Below, in pieces: positions 8,394 through 18,157 of a DNA stretch of 64,000 nucleotides. Source of the stretch: an uncultured Clostridia bacterium (GTDB lineage Bacteria > Bacillota > Clostridia > Peptostreptococcales > Anaerovoracaceae); contig CALCEY010000011.1 of the NCBI GenBank assembly GCA_937900415.1, forward strand, positions 1,265 through 65,264, in the 5' to 3' direction. Both the position numbers and the translations under genes were made by a program. A model generated the notes under the pieces. That model was given only the letters and a program-made list of their open reading frames with translations, searched no databases and had not been told where the DNA came from. Numbering within the stretch: the stretch's first letter is position 1; each line of letters starts with the position of its first letter.

Positions 8394-9341
8394 TTATTTA
8401 ATACTTATTTCGCTTTCTGTATATTTTTTGCCTTGCCATGTGTCCCTCAAATTAAGCTGTTCGTTTATCCTGTTCAGGATAGTCCTCTTGTTGAAGCTCC
8501 ATGGAGGATTTATAAGTATAGACCTTGGGGCGTCTCCCGTAAGACGGTGAATGGTGACGTCCGGCGGTATGATTTCGAGGCAGCGCACGACAAGATCGAC
8601 ATATGAATCTATGGAATCAAACGGCATGTAGCTTCTGTGCGTAGTTTCCATGGCAGAGCCCTTTACAATATTGAGAAGGTGAAGCTTAAGCCCGAAAAGT
8701 CCCGGCAATGACGAGACATATTTTACGGATTCCATCATCATATCTTCGGATTCTCCCGGAAGCCCTAATATGATGTGTACTACGAACTTTATTCCTCTGC
8801 GTTGTAACTGATGGACGGCACGGTCGAAAGCTTCAAGATTGTAACATCTGTTTATATCCTTTGCGGTGGTTTGATGTATGGTCTGCAAGCCCAACTCCAG
8901 CCAGAGAAAATGCTTCTCGTTTATTCGCTCAAGAAGCTCGAGCGTTTCATCCGGCAGGCAGTCGGGACGAGTGCCTATTACAAGCCCTTCTATTTTGGGA
9001 TTTGATAATATATCTTTGTATTTTCTGCATAGAATATCGGCAGGAGCATACGTATTGGTATGATTTTGAAGATATGCCAGGTATTTAGCGTTAGGCCATT
9101 TGCGCCGGTATAGCTGAATCTGCTCTTCCACAGAGGAAGCGAATTCTCCCGAGCCGGTATCGGAGCAAAAGGTGCAGCCGCCGAAGCCCTTGCTTCCGTC
9201 TCTGTTGGGACATGTAAAACCACCGTCAATCGCCAGCTTTATGGTCTTATATCCGAAATGATTTTTCAGCCAGGTGTTGGCGGAATAATACCTGAGGCCT
9301 TCAAAATGAGGAGGTATATTTTCATTAAAAAAATCTTTCAT
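8394..9341 (-). CDS. Radical SAM protein, TIGR01212 (YhcC-like) family
   Basis: Cys cluster in GGFTCPNRDGSKGFGGCTFC. Full-length collinear resemblance to the TIGR01212 family (..LELGLQT.., ..HIILGLPGES..). Confidence 0.8.
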   Translation of the reverse strand: MKDFFNENIPPHFEGLRYYSANTWLKNHFGYKTIKLAIDGGFTCPNRDGSKGFGGCTFCSDTGSGEFASSVEEQIQLYRRKWPNAKYLAYLQNHTNTYAPADILCRKYKDILSNPKIEGLVIGTRPDCLPDETLELLERINEKHFLWLELGLQTIHQTTAKDINRCYNLEAFDRAVHQLQRRGIKFVVHIILGLPGESEDMMMESVKYVSSLPGLFGLKLHLLNIVKGSAMETTHRSYMPFDSIDSYVDLVVRCLEIIPPDVTIHRLTGDAPRSILINPPWSFNKRTILNRINEQLNLRDTWQGKKYTESEISIK

Positions 9342-9390
9342 ATTAGTTTAAATCCTTTAATTTGACACATGTATATGGTATAATAAATAA

Positions 9391-10151
9391 TTGCAAAGCT
9401 GTTATTTCTCTCAGACAGCAGGTAAAGGGACGGCTTGCAGCACATGCTTTCAGGAAATCAAAATAACTTGCCGCAAAGTCGTCAGGCAAAGCACGTCTTT
9501 GCGGCGCAGACAGATTTTGATTTCAAGCTGAAAACTCGCGCTGCCGCGCCTGCTTTGCAAGACTGCTCTCTTCGGCGAAATAAAGCTATGCAACATTCAT
9601 TGTGAAAGCTTCCTGAAATCAGATAAAGCCCGCAGCCTGCAAGAACAGCGAATTCAATACCTTAAGTCAGAACTTGCAAAGCTGTTATTTCTCTCAGACA
9701 GCAGGCAAAGGGACGGCTTGCAGCACATGCTTTCAGGAAATCAAAATAACTTGCCGCAAAGTCGTCAGGCAAAGCACGTCTTTGCGGCGCAGACAGATTT
9801 TGATTTCAAGCTGAAAACTCGCGCTGCCGCGCCTGCTTTGCAAGACTGCTCTCTTCGGCGAAATAAAGCTATGCAACATTCATTGTGAAAGCTTCCTGAA
9901 ATCAGATAAAGCCCGCAGCCTGCAAGAACAGCGAATTCAATACCTTAAGTCAGAACTTGCAAAGCTGTTATTTCTCTCAGACAGCAGGCAAAGGGACGGC
10001 TTGCAGCACATGCTTTCAGGAAATCAAAATAACTTGCCGCAAAGTCGTCAGGCAAAGCACGTCTTTGCGGCGCAGACAGATTTTGATTTCAAGCTGAAAA
10101 CTCGCGCTGCCGCGCCTGCTTTGCAAGACTGCTTTCTTCGACGAAATAAAG
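9391..10151. repeat. Tandem direct repeat, 283-bp unit x about 2.7 copies, each with a long imperfect hairpin
   Basis: Units start at 9391, 9674 and 9957 (period 283). Copies 1 and 2 differ at about 1 position (ggtaaaggg vs ggcaaaggg). Copy 3 diverges after about 10151. Confidence 0.95.
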
Positions 10152-10234
10152 TTTTCGGAATGATTTATATGATAACAGATTTATATTTTTTATACAAGGC
10201 TGAGAGATCATTACAGAAAGGAGAAAACGGCGGA

Positions 10235-10927
10235 ATGAAAAAAACGCTGCCGCAGGTAAATGCGCCTTATGGCCAGATAATACAGAACGACGGCTATAAC
10301 GGGGCTTCCGCAGCAATCAGCCGTACCGGCGAAGATTTAAAAAAAGAAAAGAACCGCCTGCTGCTCCATTCATGTTGCGGTCCATGCAGTACGGCTTGCA
10401 TAGAAAGGCTGATAACGGATTATAAGATAACAGTCTTTTTCTATAATCCGAACATCACGGAAAGAGAAGAATATGAGCTTCGTAAGGAAAATCAGATTAG
10501 ATTTATAGATTTGTATAATCAAAAAGTTTCAAAAGAAGATAAAATTGATTTTATCGAGGGAGAATATCTTCCGGAAGAATTTTTTAAAGCGTCACAGGGT
10601 TTGGAAGAAGAGCCGGAAGGCGGAAAACGCTGCATAGAATGTTTCAAGCTTAGAATGGAAAGAACGGCGCAGGCTGCTGTTAAGACGGGAAACAATATTT
10701 TCGGAACGACGCTTACGGTAAGCCCTCATAAAAATTATAATTTGATTTCCGCAATAGGATGCGAATTGGCAGAAAAGTACAATCTTGAATTTCTCGACGC
10801 GGACTTCAAGAAAAAGGCCGGATTTCAGAGAAGTATTCAGCTTTCGAAGGAGTACGGTCTCTATCGGCAGAATTACTGCGGATGTGAATTTTCTAAGTGG
10901 AAGAAAGAGGATATGGAGGATAGATGA
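10235..10927 (+). CDS. queH: Epoxyqueuosine reductase QueH (DUF208)
   Basis: ATG at 10235 after an AAAGGAGAAAA RBS. The upstream part of the 10001 ORF is repeat DNA. Motifs [31 protein letters not shown]. Confidence 0.8.
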   Translation: MKKTLPQVNAPYGQIIQNDGYNGASAAISRTGEDLKKEKNRLLLHSCCGPCSTACIERLITDYKITVFFYNPNITEREEYELRKENQIRFIDLYNQKVSKEDKIDFIEGEYLPEEFFKASQGLEEEPEGGKRCIECFKLRMERTAQAAVKTGNNIFGTTLTVSPHKNYNLISAIGCELAEKYNLEFLDADFKKKAGFQRSIQLSKEYGLYRQNYCGCEFSKWKKEDMEDR

Positions 10928-11937
10928 TGACAAACTTAATTTTACCTGAAAACTATGACCCGCTGATAGACCTTATGGAAAGTCAGAGAGCTATCAAGAA
11001 AATAAAAGACTATTTTCAGCAGGAACTGGCATACGGTCTCAATTTGAGACGAGTTTCGGCGCCGCTGTTCGTAGACCCGAATACCGGTCTCAATGATAAC
11101 TTAAACGGCGTGGAGAGAAGAGTGACCTTTACTCTTAAGGATATCGACGAGCTTGAGGTCGAAGTGGTGCAGTCTCTGGCAAAATGGAAGAGAATGGCTC
11201 TCGGAAAATACGGAGTAGAGCCGGGACACGGTATATATACCGATATGAACGCCATAAGACGAGACGAGGAGCTTGACAATCTCCATTCCGTATACGTGGA
11301 CCAGTGGGACTGGGAAAAGGTTATAACAAAAGAACAGAGATGCGAGGAGTATCTTAAAGAAACGGTTACGACCATATATAACTCCATTAAAAATCTCGGA
11401 GATTACGTCAACAGGCTATATAGAAATATACATACGCAGCTGCCGAATCAGATATTTTTCGTAACGACTCAGGAGCTGGAGGATATGTACCCCGAGCTTA
11501 CGCCTAAGGAGAGAGAAGACGCCGTGACGAGGGAGCACAGAGCCGTTTTTATTATGAAAATAGGCGGCCGCCTGAATTCGGGAGAAAAGCATGACGGACG
11601 TTCGCCTGATTATGACGACTGGGAGCTCAACGGAGATATTATCCTTTGGAACGATATTTTAGACAGAGCCTTTGAAATTTCCTCGATGGGAATAAGAGTG
11701 GACGCCGAGGCTATGAAAAGGCAGCTTGAAGCCGAGGGCTGTATGGACAGAGCAGAACTGGATTTTCACAAGGCGATATTGGAGGACAGACTTCCTTATA
11801 CCATAGGCGGAGGAATAGGACAGAGCAGATTGTGCATGCTGTTTTTAAGAAAGGCGCATATAGGAGAGGTACAGGTTTCGGTATGGCCTGAAGATATGGT
11901 GAAGACTTGCAGGGAATACAATATTTGCCTGCTGTAA
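10924..11937 (+). CDS. asnA: Aspartate-ammonia ligase (asparagine synthetase A)
   Basis: Collinear AsnA-like motifs [36 protein letters not shown]. The start overlaps the queH stop. Confidence 0.85.
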   Translation: MMTNLILPENYDPLIDLMESQRAIKKIKDYFQQELAYGLNLRRVSAPLFVDPNTGLNDNLNGVERRVTFTLKDIDELEVEVVQSLAKWKRMALGKYGVEPGHGIYTDMNAIRRDEELDNLHSVYVDQWDWEKVITKEQRCEEYLKETVTTIYNSIKNLGDYVNRLYRNIHTQLPNQIFFVTTQELEDMYPELTPKEREDAVTREHRAVFIMKIGGRLNSGEKHDGRSPDYDDWELNGDIILWNDILDRAFEISSMGIRVDAEAMKRQLEAEGCMDRAELDFHKAILEDRLPYTIGGGIGQSRLCMLFLRKAHIGEVQVSVWPEDMVKTCREYNICLL

Positions 11938-11944
11938 ATTAAAA

Positions 11945-13975
11945 ATGATTTATGTAAATGTTGTTGTAAACAATAAAAGCAAATATACAGACAGTCTTTT
12001 TACGTACAAGGCGGAAGATGACGTAAACATCGGAGATTTGGTGCGCCTGCCCTTCGGAAGCCACAACACGGTAAAAGAGGCTGTCGTGGCGGAAAAGGAC
12101 GTTATGCCGGATTGCGGCGAGGGAAAGATAAAAGAAATAACGGAAATTGCCGAATCGGGATTGCTTTCAGAAGAAATGGTTAAAACAGCACTATGGATGA
12201 AGCACAGGTACGGCATAAAATATTATGATGCGTTCCGTTGTTTTACCGTAAAGGGCAAGCCTGCTAAAGAAGGCAGGGAAAAGGAGCCATATAAGGGTAT
12301 TGCGGGAAAGTATAGAAAGCCGGAAGCCCTTACATGCGAACAGCAAGAGGCTATCGCTTCCATAAACGAAGCCTTGACGTCCAGCCGCCGGGAAAACTTT
12401 CTTCTCTACGGCATAACTGCCAGCGGAAAAACGGAAGTTTATATGGAAGCAATAGAAAAAACTGTTTCCGAAGGAAAGACCGCCATAATGCTGGTACCTG
12501 AAATCTCACTCACACGTCAGGTGATTGAAACCTTTGCAGGTCGGTTCGGAAAGCGCAATCTGGCAGTTTTGCATAGCAAGCTTACCGGCAGGGAAAGATA
12601 TGACGAGTGGAGCAGAATAAGAAGAGGCGAGGCTAAGATCGTTATAGGAGCCCGTATGGGAGTATTCGCTCCGCTCAAGAATATAGGCCTTATCGTGATG
12701 GATGAAGAGCATGAAGCAGGATACAAAGCCGATATGACTCCCAAATACGATACTGTCGACATTGCGTTAAAGAGACTTGGTTTTTACGAAGGCGTTTTAA
12801 TTCTGGGAAGCGCAACTCCGTCGGTTGTCTCATATTCGAGAGCCGAACAGAACATATATAAATTACTGACTTTAAAAGAGAGATACAACAAGGTTCCTCT
12901 TCCGCAGGTGGAAACAGTCGATATGAGAGAAGAGCTGAAAAAAGGAAATACATCAATTTTCAGCGGAGCTCTGTACAGTTCCATGAAGGAAGAGCTTGAA
13001 GCCGGGAGGCAGGTAATATTGCTGCAAAACAGACGTGGATATTCAAGCTTTGTTTCATGCAGGAACTGCGGAACGGTCATGAAGTGCCCTGAATGTGGCA
13101 TTTCCCTGACTTATCATAAGGACAGGGAAAAGCTTATGTGTCATTACTGCGGCAGAACGTTTGACATTCCCAAGAGCTGCCCGGAATGTAAAAGTAAATA
13201 TATTAAATATTTCGGCATAGGCACAGAACAGGTCGAAGAAGCGGTGAAACGCTTTTTTCCTGATTTTAAAGCAGACAGACTTGACTTGGACGCCTTAAAG
13301 ACCAGAAGAGATCTTGACAGAATTCTTGATGCTTTCGGTAGTGGTGAAACCGGAATTCTTGTAGGCACTCAGTTGGTTGCCAAAGGGCTTGATTTTGATA
13401 ATGTCGGTCTTGTGGGAATAATAGCGGCGGACGTAACCTTGAACATTCCGGATTACAGGTCGTCCGAAAGAACATTCCAGCTGATAACGCAGGCTGCCGG
13501 AAGAGCTGGCAGAGGAGAAAGACAGGGAAAAGTCATAATCCAGACCTATGAGCCTGATAATTATTCCATTGACGCAGCTTGCAGACATGATTATGAAAGC
13601 TTTTTCAGCCGTGAGATAGCTCTGAGAGAGCTGATGAATTATCCGCCGTTCAGCGACCTGATAATGGTCAATTTTACGGCAGAGGACGATGAAACAGCCG
13701 TTTTCTGGGGGGAAAGATGCCGCAGATATATCGAAAGGGCCGCAGATAGGGACAGCGCTTCGGGAAATGAAAGAAGCGGTCTGAAGGTTCTCTCTCCGAG
13801 ACTTTCCGCAAGCTTTAAGGGAAAGGAAGCGGTAAGATACCACATAATGATTAAATGTCCGAAAGGGAACAGGAATAAATATATATATTATCTTGAAAAT
13901 TTCAATTCGATTATGATAGAAGAAAAGACCGGCTGCAATATGGATATAGACGTAAATCCGTACAGCGCCTATTGA
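11945..13975 (+). CDS. priA: Primosomal protein N' (replication restart helicase PriA)
   Basis: Walker A GITASGKTEVY, DEEH box, Cys-rich Zn fingers CRNCG..CPECG..CHYCG..CPECKS, helicase C motifs QAAGRAGR. Confidence 0.92.
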   Translation: MIYVNVVVNNKSKYTDSLFTYKAEDDVNIGDLVRLPFGSHNTVKEAVVAEKDVMPDCGEGKIKEITEIAESGLLSEEMVKTALWMKHRYGIKYYDAFRCFTVKGKPAKEGREKEPYKGIAGKYRKPEALTCEQQEAIASINEALTSSRRENFLLYGITASGKTEVYMEAIEKTVSEGKTAIMLVPEISLTRQVIETFAGRFGKRNLAVLHSKLTGRERYDEWSRIRRGEAKIVIGARMGVFAPLKNIGLIVMDEEHEAGYKADMTPKYDTVDIALKRLGFYEGVLILGSATPSVVSYSRAEQNIYKLLTLKERYNKVPLPQVETVDMREELKKGNTSIFSGALYSSMKEELEAGRQVILLQNRRGYSSFVSCRNCGTVMKCPECGISLTYHKDREKLMCHYCGRTFDIPKSCPECKSKYIKYFGIGTEQVEEAVKRFFPDFKADRLDLDALKTRRDLDRILDAFGSGETGILVGTQLVAKGLDFDNVGLVGIIAADVTLNIPDYRSSERTFQLITQAAGRAGRGERQGKVIIQTYEPDNYSIDAACRHDYESFFSREIALRELMNYPPFSDLIMVNFTAEDDETAVFWGERCRRYIERAADRDSASGNERSGLKVLSPRLSASFKGKEAVRYHIMIKCPKGNRNKYIYYLENFNSIMIEEKTGCNMDIDVNPYSAY

Positions 13976-13988
13976 TTTGGAGGTAAAT

Positions 13989-14471
13989 ATGGCATTAAGA
14001 AATGTTGTCGTTGAAGGCGATGAAATATTGAGAAAACATTGCAGAGAAGTAAACGAAGTGAACGACCGTATAAGAACTATCATGGAGGATATGCTTGAAA
14101 CCATGCGCAGTAAGTACGGAGTAGGAATCGCGGCTCCCCAGGTGGGCATAATGAGAAGGATGTTTGTCGCCGAGCCTGAACCGGGAAGAGTCTATTATAT
14201 GATAAATCCCGTTATTTTGGAGCAGAGCGGAAGCCAGACAGATGACGAAGGCTGTCTCAGCGTTCCCGGATTTATAGGAACTGTTGAAAGACCTGATTAT
14301 ATCAAGATAGAGGCTCTTGATATGGAGGGTAAAAAGCAGGTATATGAATTCAGAGATTTCGACGCACGGGTAATGTGTCATGAATACGACCATCTTGATG
14401 GAATACTTTACACAGACAAGGCGGCCGATATAAGAGAAGTAGTCGTTGATGAGGAGCCGGAGGAAGAATAG
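13989..14471 (+). CDS. def: Peptide deformylase
   Basis: GGAGG RBS, then ATG at 13989. Motifs GIAAPQVG, EGCLSVPG, HEYDHLDG. Confidence 0.92.
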   Translation: MALRNVVVEGDEILRKHCREVNEVNDRIRTIMEDMLETMRSKYGVGIAAPQVGIMRRMFVAEPEPGRVYYMINPVILEQSGSQTDDEGCLSVPGFIGTVERPDYIKIEALDMEGKKQVYEFRDFDARVMCHEYDHLDGILYTDKAADIREVVVDEEPEEE

Positions 14472-14473
14472 AG

Positions 14474-15403
14474 ATGAAGACGGTTTTTATGGGAACGCCT
14501 GATTTTGCTGCAACTGTGCTGAAATACCTTTATGACAGCGATAATGAAGTATGCATGGTATTCACCCAGCCGGACAGGGCGAAGGACAGAGGAAAAAAGG
14601 TACAATATACGCCCGTAAAGGAATTGGCGCTTGCTCACGGCACCCCTGTTCTTCAGCCTCAGAAGCTTAAAGGAGACGAAGCGGCAATGGAGGAACTGCG
14701 AAAAGCATCCCCGGATATAATTGTAGTGGCGGCATACGGACAGATACTTTCAGAGGAGGTTCTCAGCCTGCCGAAATACGGCTGTATAAACGTCCATGCG
14801 TCATTGCTGCCGAAGCTCAGGGGAGCCTCGCCTATTCAGATGGCTATCGTTACAGGTGAAAAGGAGACGGGCGTAACTGTAATGCAGATGGAAAAAGGCC
14901 TCGATACGGGAGATATGCTTTCCTCCGAAAGTATTGAAATAGGAAATATGACGGCCGGAATGCTCCATGACAGCCTGGCCGACATAGGAGGCAGGCTTTT
15001 GATAAAAACGATGAAAGAAATTTCTGAGGAAAAAGTAAAGCCTGTTAAGCAGGACGACGGTAAGGCTACTTATGCGGGACTCATTTCAAAGAAAGACGGA
15101 AAAATAGATTTCAGCAAATCACCTGAGGAGATAGAACGTCTCATAAGGGGATTTGATCCGTGGCCGGGCGCTTTCTGCTATCTTGAAGAGGAGCAGATAA
15201 AATTTTGGAAGGCTGTTCCCACAGATGAAAAGACGGAGGCTAAGGACGGCTGCGTTATTTCTTCAGATGAAGGAGGACTGAAAATTGCCTGCGGAGGAAG
15301 AATCCTTACGGTAACCGAAATTCAGGCTCCCGGTAAAAAGCGTATGAACGCAGAGGATTATTTGAGGGGACATAAAATAGAGCCGGGAACTTTGCTGAAA
15401 TAA
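14474..15403 (+). CDS. fmt: Methionyl-tRNA formyltransferase
   Basis: FMGTPDFA N-terminus and HASLLPKLRGASPIQ formyltransferase motif. Lies directly after def. Confidence 0.92.
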   Translation: MKTVFMGTPDFAATVLKYLYDSDNEVCMVFTQPDRAKDRGKKVQYTPVKELALAHGTPVLQPQKLKGDEAAMEELRKASPDIIVVAAYGQILSEEVLSLPKYGCINVHASLLPKLRGASPIQMAIVTGEKETGVTVMQMEKGLDTGDMLSSESIEIGNMTAGMLHDSLADIGGRLLIKTMKEISEEKVKPVKQDDGKATYAGLISKKDGKIDFSKSPEEIERLIRGFDPWPGAFCYLEEEQIKFWKAVPTDEKTEAKDGCVISSDEGGLKIACGGRILTVTEIQAPGKKRMNAEDYLRGHKIEPGTLLK

Positions 15404-15431
15404 GATAAAAGAAAAAACAGGAGGGGAATTT

Positions 15432-16124
15432 ATGTCGTACAGAATGTCGATGATATTTTTGTTTGCAGCCATAATACTTACAATGGCGGCTCAGGCAAAA
15501 GTAAGCTCAAATTTTAATAAGTATTCAAGGATTAAAAACCGCAGGGGGATTTCCGGTGCGGAAGCTGCAAGAGCAGTGCTCGACGCCAACGGTTTAAAGA
15601 ATGTGGCAATAGAACAGGTAAGAGGAAGCCTCACAGACCATTACGATCCAAGGCATAAGGTTTTGAGACTTTCTCAGACGGTATACGGCGCTGATTCGGT
15701 AGCGGCCGTCAGCGTAGCCTGTCATGAAGCAGGACATGCAATACAGCATGCCGTTTCATATGCTCCTTTAAAGATAAGAAACGGCATAGTGCCGGTAGTA
15801 AATCTGGCGTCACGACTCAGTTGGCTTTTAATATTTGTAGGCATAGGACTTTTATATGCGGGAAATTATATGGGAGATATGCTGTTTAACATAGGAGTTA
15901 TCGCATTCATAGCCGTAATAGCGTTTCACGCCGTAACTCTTCCCGTGGAATTTGACGCCAGCAGGAGGGCCATAGAGCAGATGGAGCTTAATGGAATAAT
16001 AGAAGCAGGAGAGGACGCAGGCGCAAGAAAGGTTCTCAGAGCGGCGGCGATGACTTACGTAGCTTCTTTGGCTATGGCAGTCGCAAATCTTTTGAGAATA
16101 CTGGCCATGAGAGGAAAGGAATGA
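15432..16124 (+). CDS. Membrane zinc metallopeptidase (YugP / Zn_peptidase_2-like)
   Basis: HExxH motif HEAGHAIQH. N-terminal and central TM segments. GGAGGGG RBS. Confidence 0.8.
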   Translation: MSYRMSMIFLFAAIILTMAAQAKVSSNFNKYSRIKNRRGISGAEAARAVLDANGLKNVAIEQVRGSLTDHYDPRHKVLRLSQTVYGADSVAAVSVACHEAGHAIQHAVSYAPLKIRNGIVPVVNLASRLSWLLIFVGIGLLYAGNYMGDMLFNIGVIAFIAVIAFHAVTLPVEFDASRRAIEQMELNGIIEAGEDAGARKVLRAAAMTYVASLAMAVANLLRILAMRGKE

Positions 16125-17398
16125 TGGATTCGGGAAGAAAGACAGCATTTCAGATTCTTTTTGAAGTAGAAAAGGAAAAGGCGTTTTCCAATTTGACGGC
16201 AAACAGGATAATAAAAGATAATAATCCGGAAAATCCGGCTTTTGTAAGGGAACTCGTATATGGAGTTCTGGAAAATAAAATGCTTTTGGATTATTACATT
16301 GACATGTTGGTGCCGTCGGGTATAGGAAAAGTTAAGGACAGGGAAAAAACTATTCTCAGAATGGGAATTTATCAGATAAAGTTTATGGACAGCGTTCCCG
16401 ATTATGCAGCCGTCAGTGAAACCGTCTCTATGGCAAAGAAGCTTGTAAGGGGCAGAGAGGGCTTCATCAACGGAGTTCTCAGAAGCTTTGCCGGGAAGAA
16501 AGAGCAAATGAAGCTGCCTGAAGAGGACAGAGAGACGTATTTGTCGGTAAAATATTCTTTTCCGATATGGATAATACGTATGTGGAAAGAGCAATACGGA
16601 GATGATTCCCTTGAAGAAATGCTGGCCGCTTCCAACGAAAGACCAAGGCTGTGCGTAAGAGTAAATTTGCTTAAAACCACGCCAGATGAGCTGGCGAAGC
16701 GGCTTGAGAAGAAAGGCTTTAAGATCGAAAGAGGAAAACTGTCAGATAGAGCTCTCTGTATTTCAGGGAGCGGACTTACGGATACAGATGAATATAAAGA
16801 CGGATTGTTTTCGGTGCAGGATGAAGCGTCCCTTGAAGCCTGCCGTAGCCTTGAACCAAGGCCTGGAGATACTGTAGTGGACGTATGTGCCGCTCCGGGA
16901 GGCAAGACGTTAGCCATTGGTGAAATGATGGAAAATAAGGGCCGTATAATAGCCTGCGACATCTATCCGCATAAATTGCAGCTGATAAAACAGCAGGCTG
17001 ACCGCCTGAATATCTATATAGTAGATACCGAGCTGATCGACGGCGTTGAGGGAGCTTCTTTTCTTGACGGCACGGCCGATAAGGTTTTGGTGGACGCGCC
17101 TTGCTCAGGGCTTGGCGTAATAAGGAGAAAGCCTGAAATAAAGTATAAGGAAAGCATTGACCTTTCAGAACTTATTTCACTTCAGGCCGGGATACTCGAC
17201 AGAGCTTCGCATTATGTAAAACCGGGCGGAATTTTGGTTTACAGCACATGCACAGTAAACAAAGATGAAAACGACTTACAGACAGAAAAATTTCTTGAAA
17301 AACATCGTGATTATGAGATAATATACAGAAAGCAATTTTTACCGACAGACGGGACAGATGGATTTTTTATAGCAAAGATGAAGAAAAAGGGGAAATAA
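16121..17398 (+). CDS. rsmB: 16S rRNA (cytosine967-C5)-methyltransferase
   Basis: NusB-like N-terminus. SAM and catalytic motifs VVDVCAAPGGKT, DAPCSGLGV, YSTCT. Conserved position after fmt. Confidence 0.88.
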   Translation: MMDSGRKTAFQILFEVEKEKAFSNLTANRIIKDNNPENPAFVRELVYGVLENKMLLDYYIDMLVPSGIGKVKDREKTILRMGIYQIKFMDSVPDYAAVSETVSMAKKLVRGREGFINGVLRSFAGKKEQMKLPEEDRETYLSVKYSFPIWIIRMWKEQYGDDSLEEMLAASNERPRLCVRVNLLKTTPDELAKRLEKKGFKIERGKLSDRALCISGSGLTDTDEYKDGLFSVQDEASLEACRSLEPRPGDTVVDVCAAPGGKTLAIGEMMENKGRIIACDIYPHKLQLIKQQADRLNIYIVDTELIDGVEGASFLDGTADKVLVDAPCSGLGVIRRKPEIKYKESIDLSELISLQAGILDRASHYVKPGGILVYSTCTVNKDENDLQTEKFLEKHRDYEIIYRKQFLPTDGTDGFFIAKMKKKGK

Positions 17399-17407
17399 GG
17401 AGGAAGT

Positions 17408-18157
17408 ATGGAGGTTGGATTCAAGTCTGACAAGGGGCTTAGGCGAAGCAATAACGAAGACGCATGCTTCGTACTGCTGCCGGATAACGTATATCTGGTG
17501 GCAGACGGCGTAGGGGGCGGAAACGCAGGCGAGATAGCCAGCAGGACGGCTGTAAGCGAAATAGCCGGTTACATAGCGGATAATCCGATAGAGCATGCGA
17601 CTAATAAATATGCTGTAGTAAATTATTTACAGGACTGCATTGACAAAACTAATGAGAAGATCTTCAACCAGGCGCTGAAATACGAAGAAAACAAAGGCAT
17701 GGCCACTACGCTTGCCATCGTATATGCTAAGGAGGGAAGGGCGTATGTAGCAAATATAGGAGACAGCAGAGTTTATCTGTACAGAGACGGTGAGCTCACT
17801 CAGCTTACCGAGGATCACACTTATGTGAATACTCTCTTGAAGGCAGGAATAATTTCAAAGGAGCAGGCCGAAAGGGACGAGAGGAAAAATGTGATTACAA
17901 AAGCACTCGGAGCCGAGGATACGGTCGAGCCGGATTTTTTCCAGGTGAATATCATGGAAGACGATATATTTCTTATATGTACGGACGGGCTTTATGACGA
18001 AGTCGACGGTACAGAGATGATGGAGGTTCTCAGCGAAAACCTGTCGATGTCTGATGTTTGCAATAAATTGATTGAAAGAGCCAATAATAACGGCGGACAT
18101 GATAATATTACGGTTATATGCCTTAGGGTAACGGAGGAAGATATTCATGAGCAATAG
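17408..18157 (+). CDS. stp: PP2C-family Ser/Thr protein phosphatase (Stp/PrpC)
   Basis: Motifs RSNNEDA, VADGVGG, TDGLYD, GGHDNITV. AAGGAGG RBS. Confidence 0.9.
   Translation: MEVGFKSDKGLRRSNNEDACFVLLPDNVYLVADGVGGGNAGEIASRTAVSEIAGYIADNPIEHATNKYAVVNYLQDCIDKTNEKIFNQALKYEENKGMATTLAIVYAKEGRAYVANIGDSRVYLYRDGELTQLTEDHTYVNTLLKAGIISKEQAERDERKNVITKALGAEDTVEPDFFQVNIMEDDIFLICTDGLYDEVDGTEMMEVLSENLSMSDVCNKLIERANNNGGHDNITVICLRVTEEDIHEQ

Noticed and set aside
8355-8606. 83-aa + strand ORF at the 3' end of the radical-SAM gene.
   Set aside because: It starts inside the inter-gene terminator hairpin and runs antisense to the TIGR01212 gene. No RBS and no recognisable motif.
9391-10151. Possibility that the tandem repeat is a CRISPR array.
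   Set aside because: The units are 283 bp, directly abutting and near identical, with no unique spacers. No cas genes are in the window.
10001-10234. N-terminal 78 codons of the 10001-10927 ORF (MQHMLSGNQNN...).
   Set aside because: This stretch is the third copy of the 283-bp tandem repeat read in frame; the other copies carry stops in that frame. A good RBS + ATG at 10235 starts the recognisable QueH sequence.
13295-14149. Long antisense ORFs opposite well-supported genes, e.g. 13295-14149(-), 19976-20722(-), 37328-38077(-), 36808-37404(-), 31215-31844(-), 49022-49621(-), 16402-16962(-), 45308-45901(-).
   Set aside because: Each lies entirely antisense to a gene with unmistakable family motifs (priA/def, rsgA, ruvB/queA, hydA, the CNNM transporter, rsmB, res and the surface protein). 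They have odd, low-complexity amino-acid composition and no RBS. Such shadow ORFs are typical for these gene sequences.
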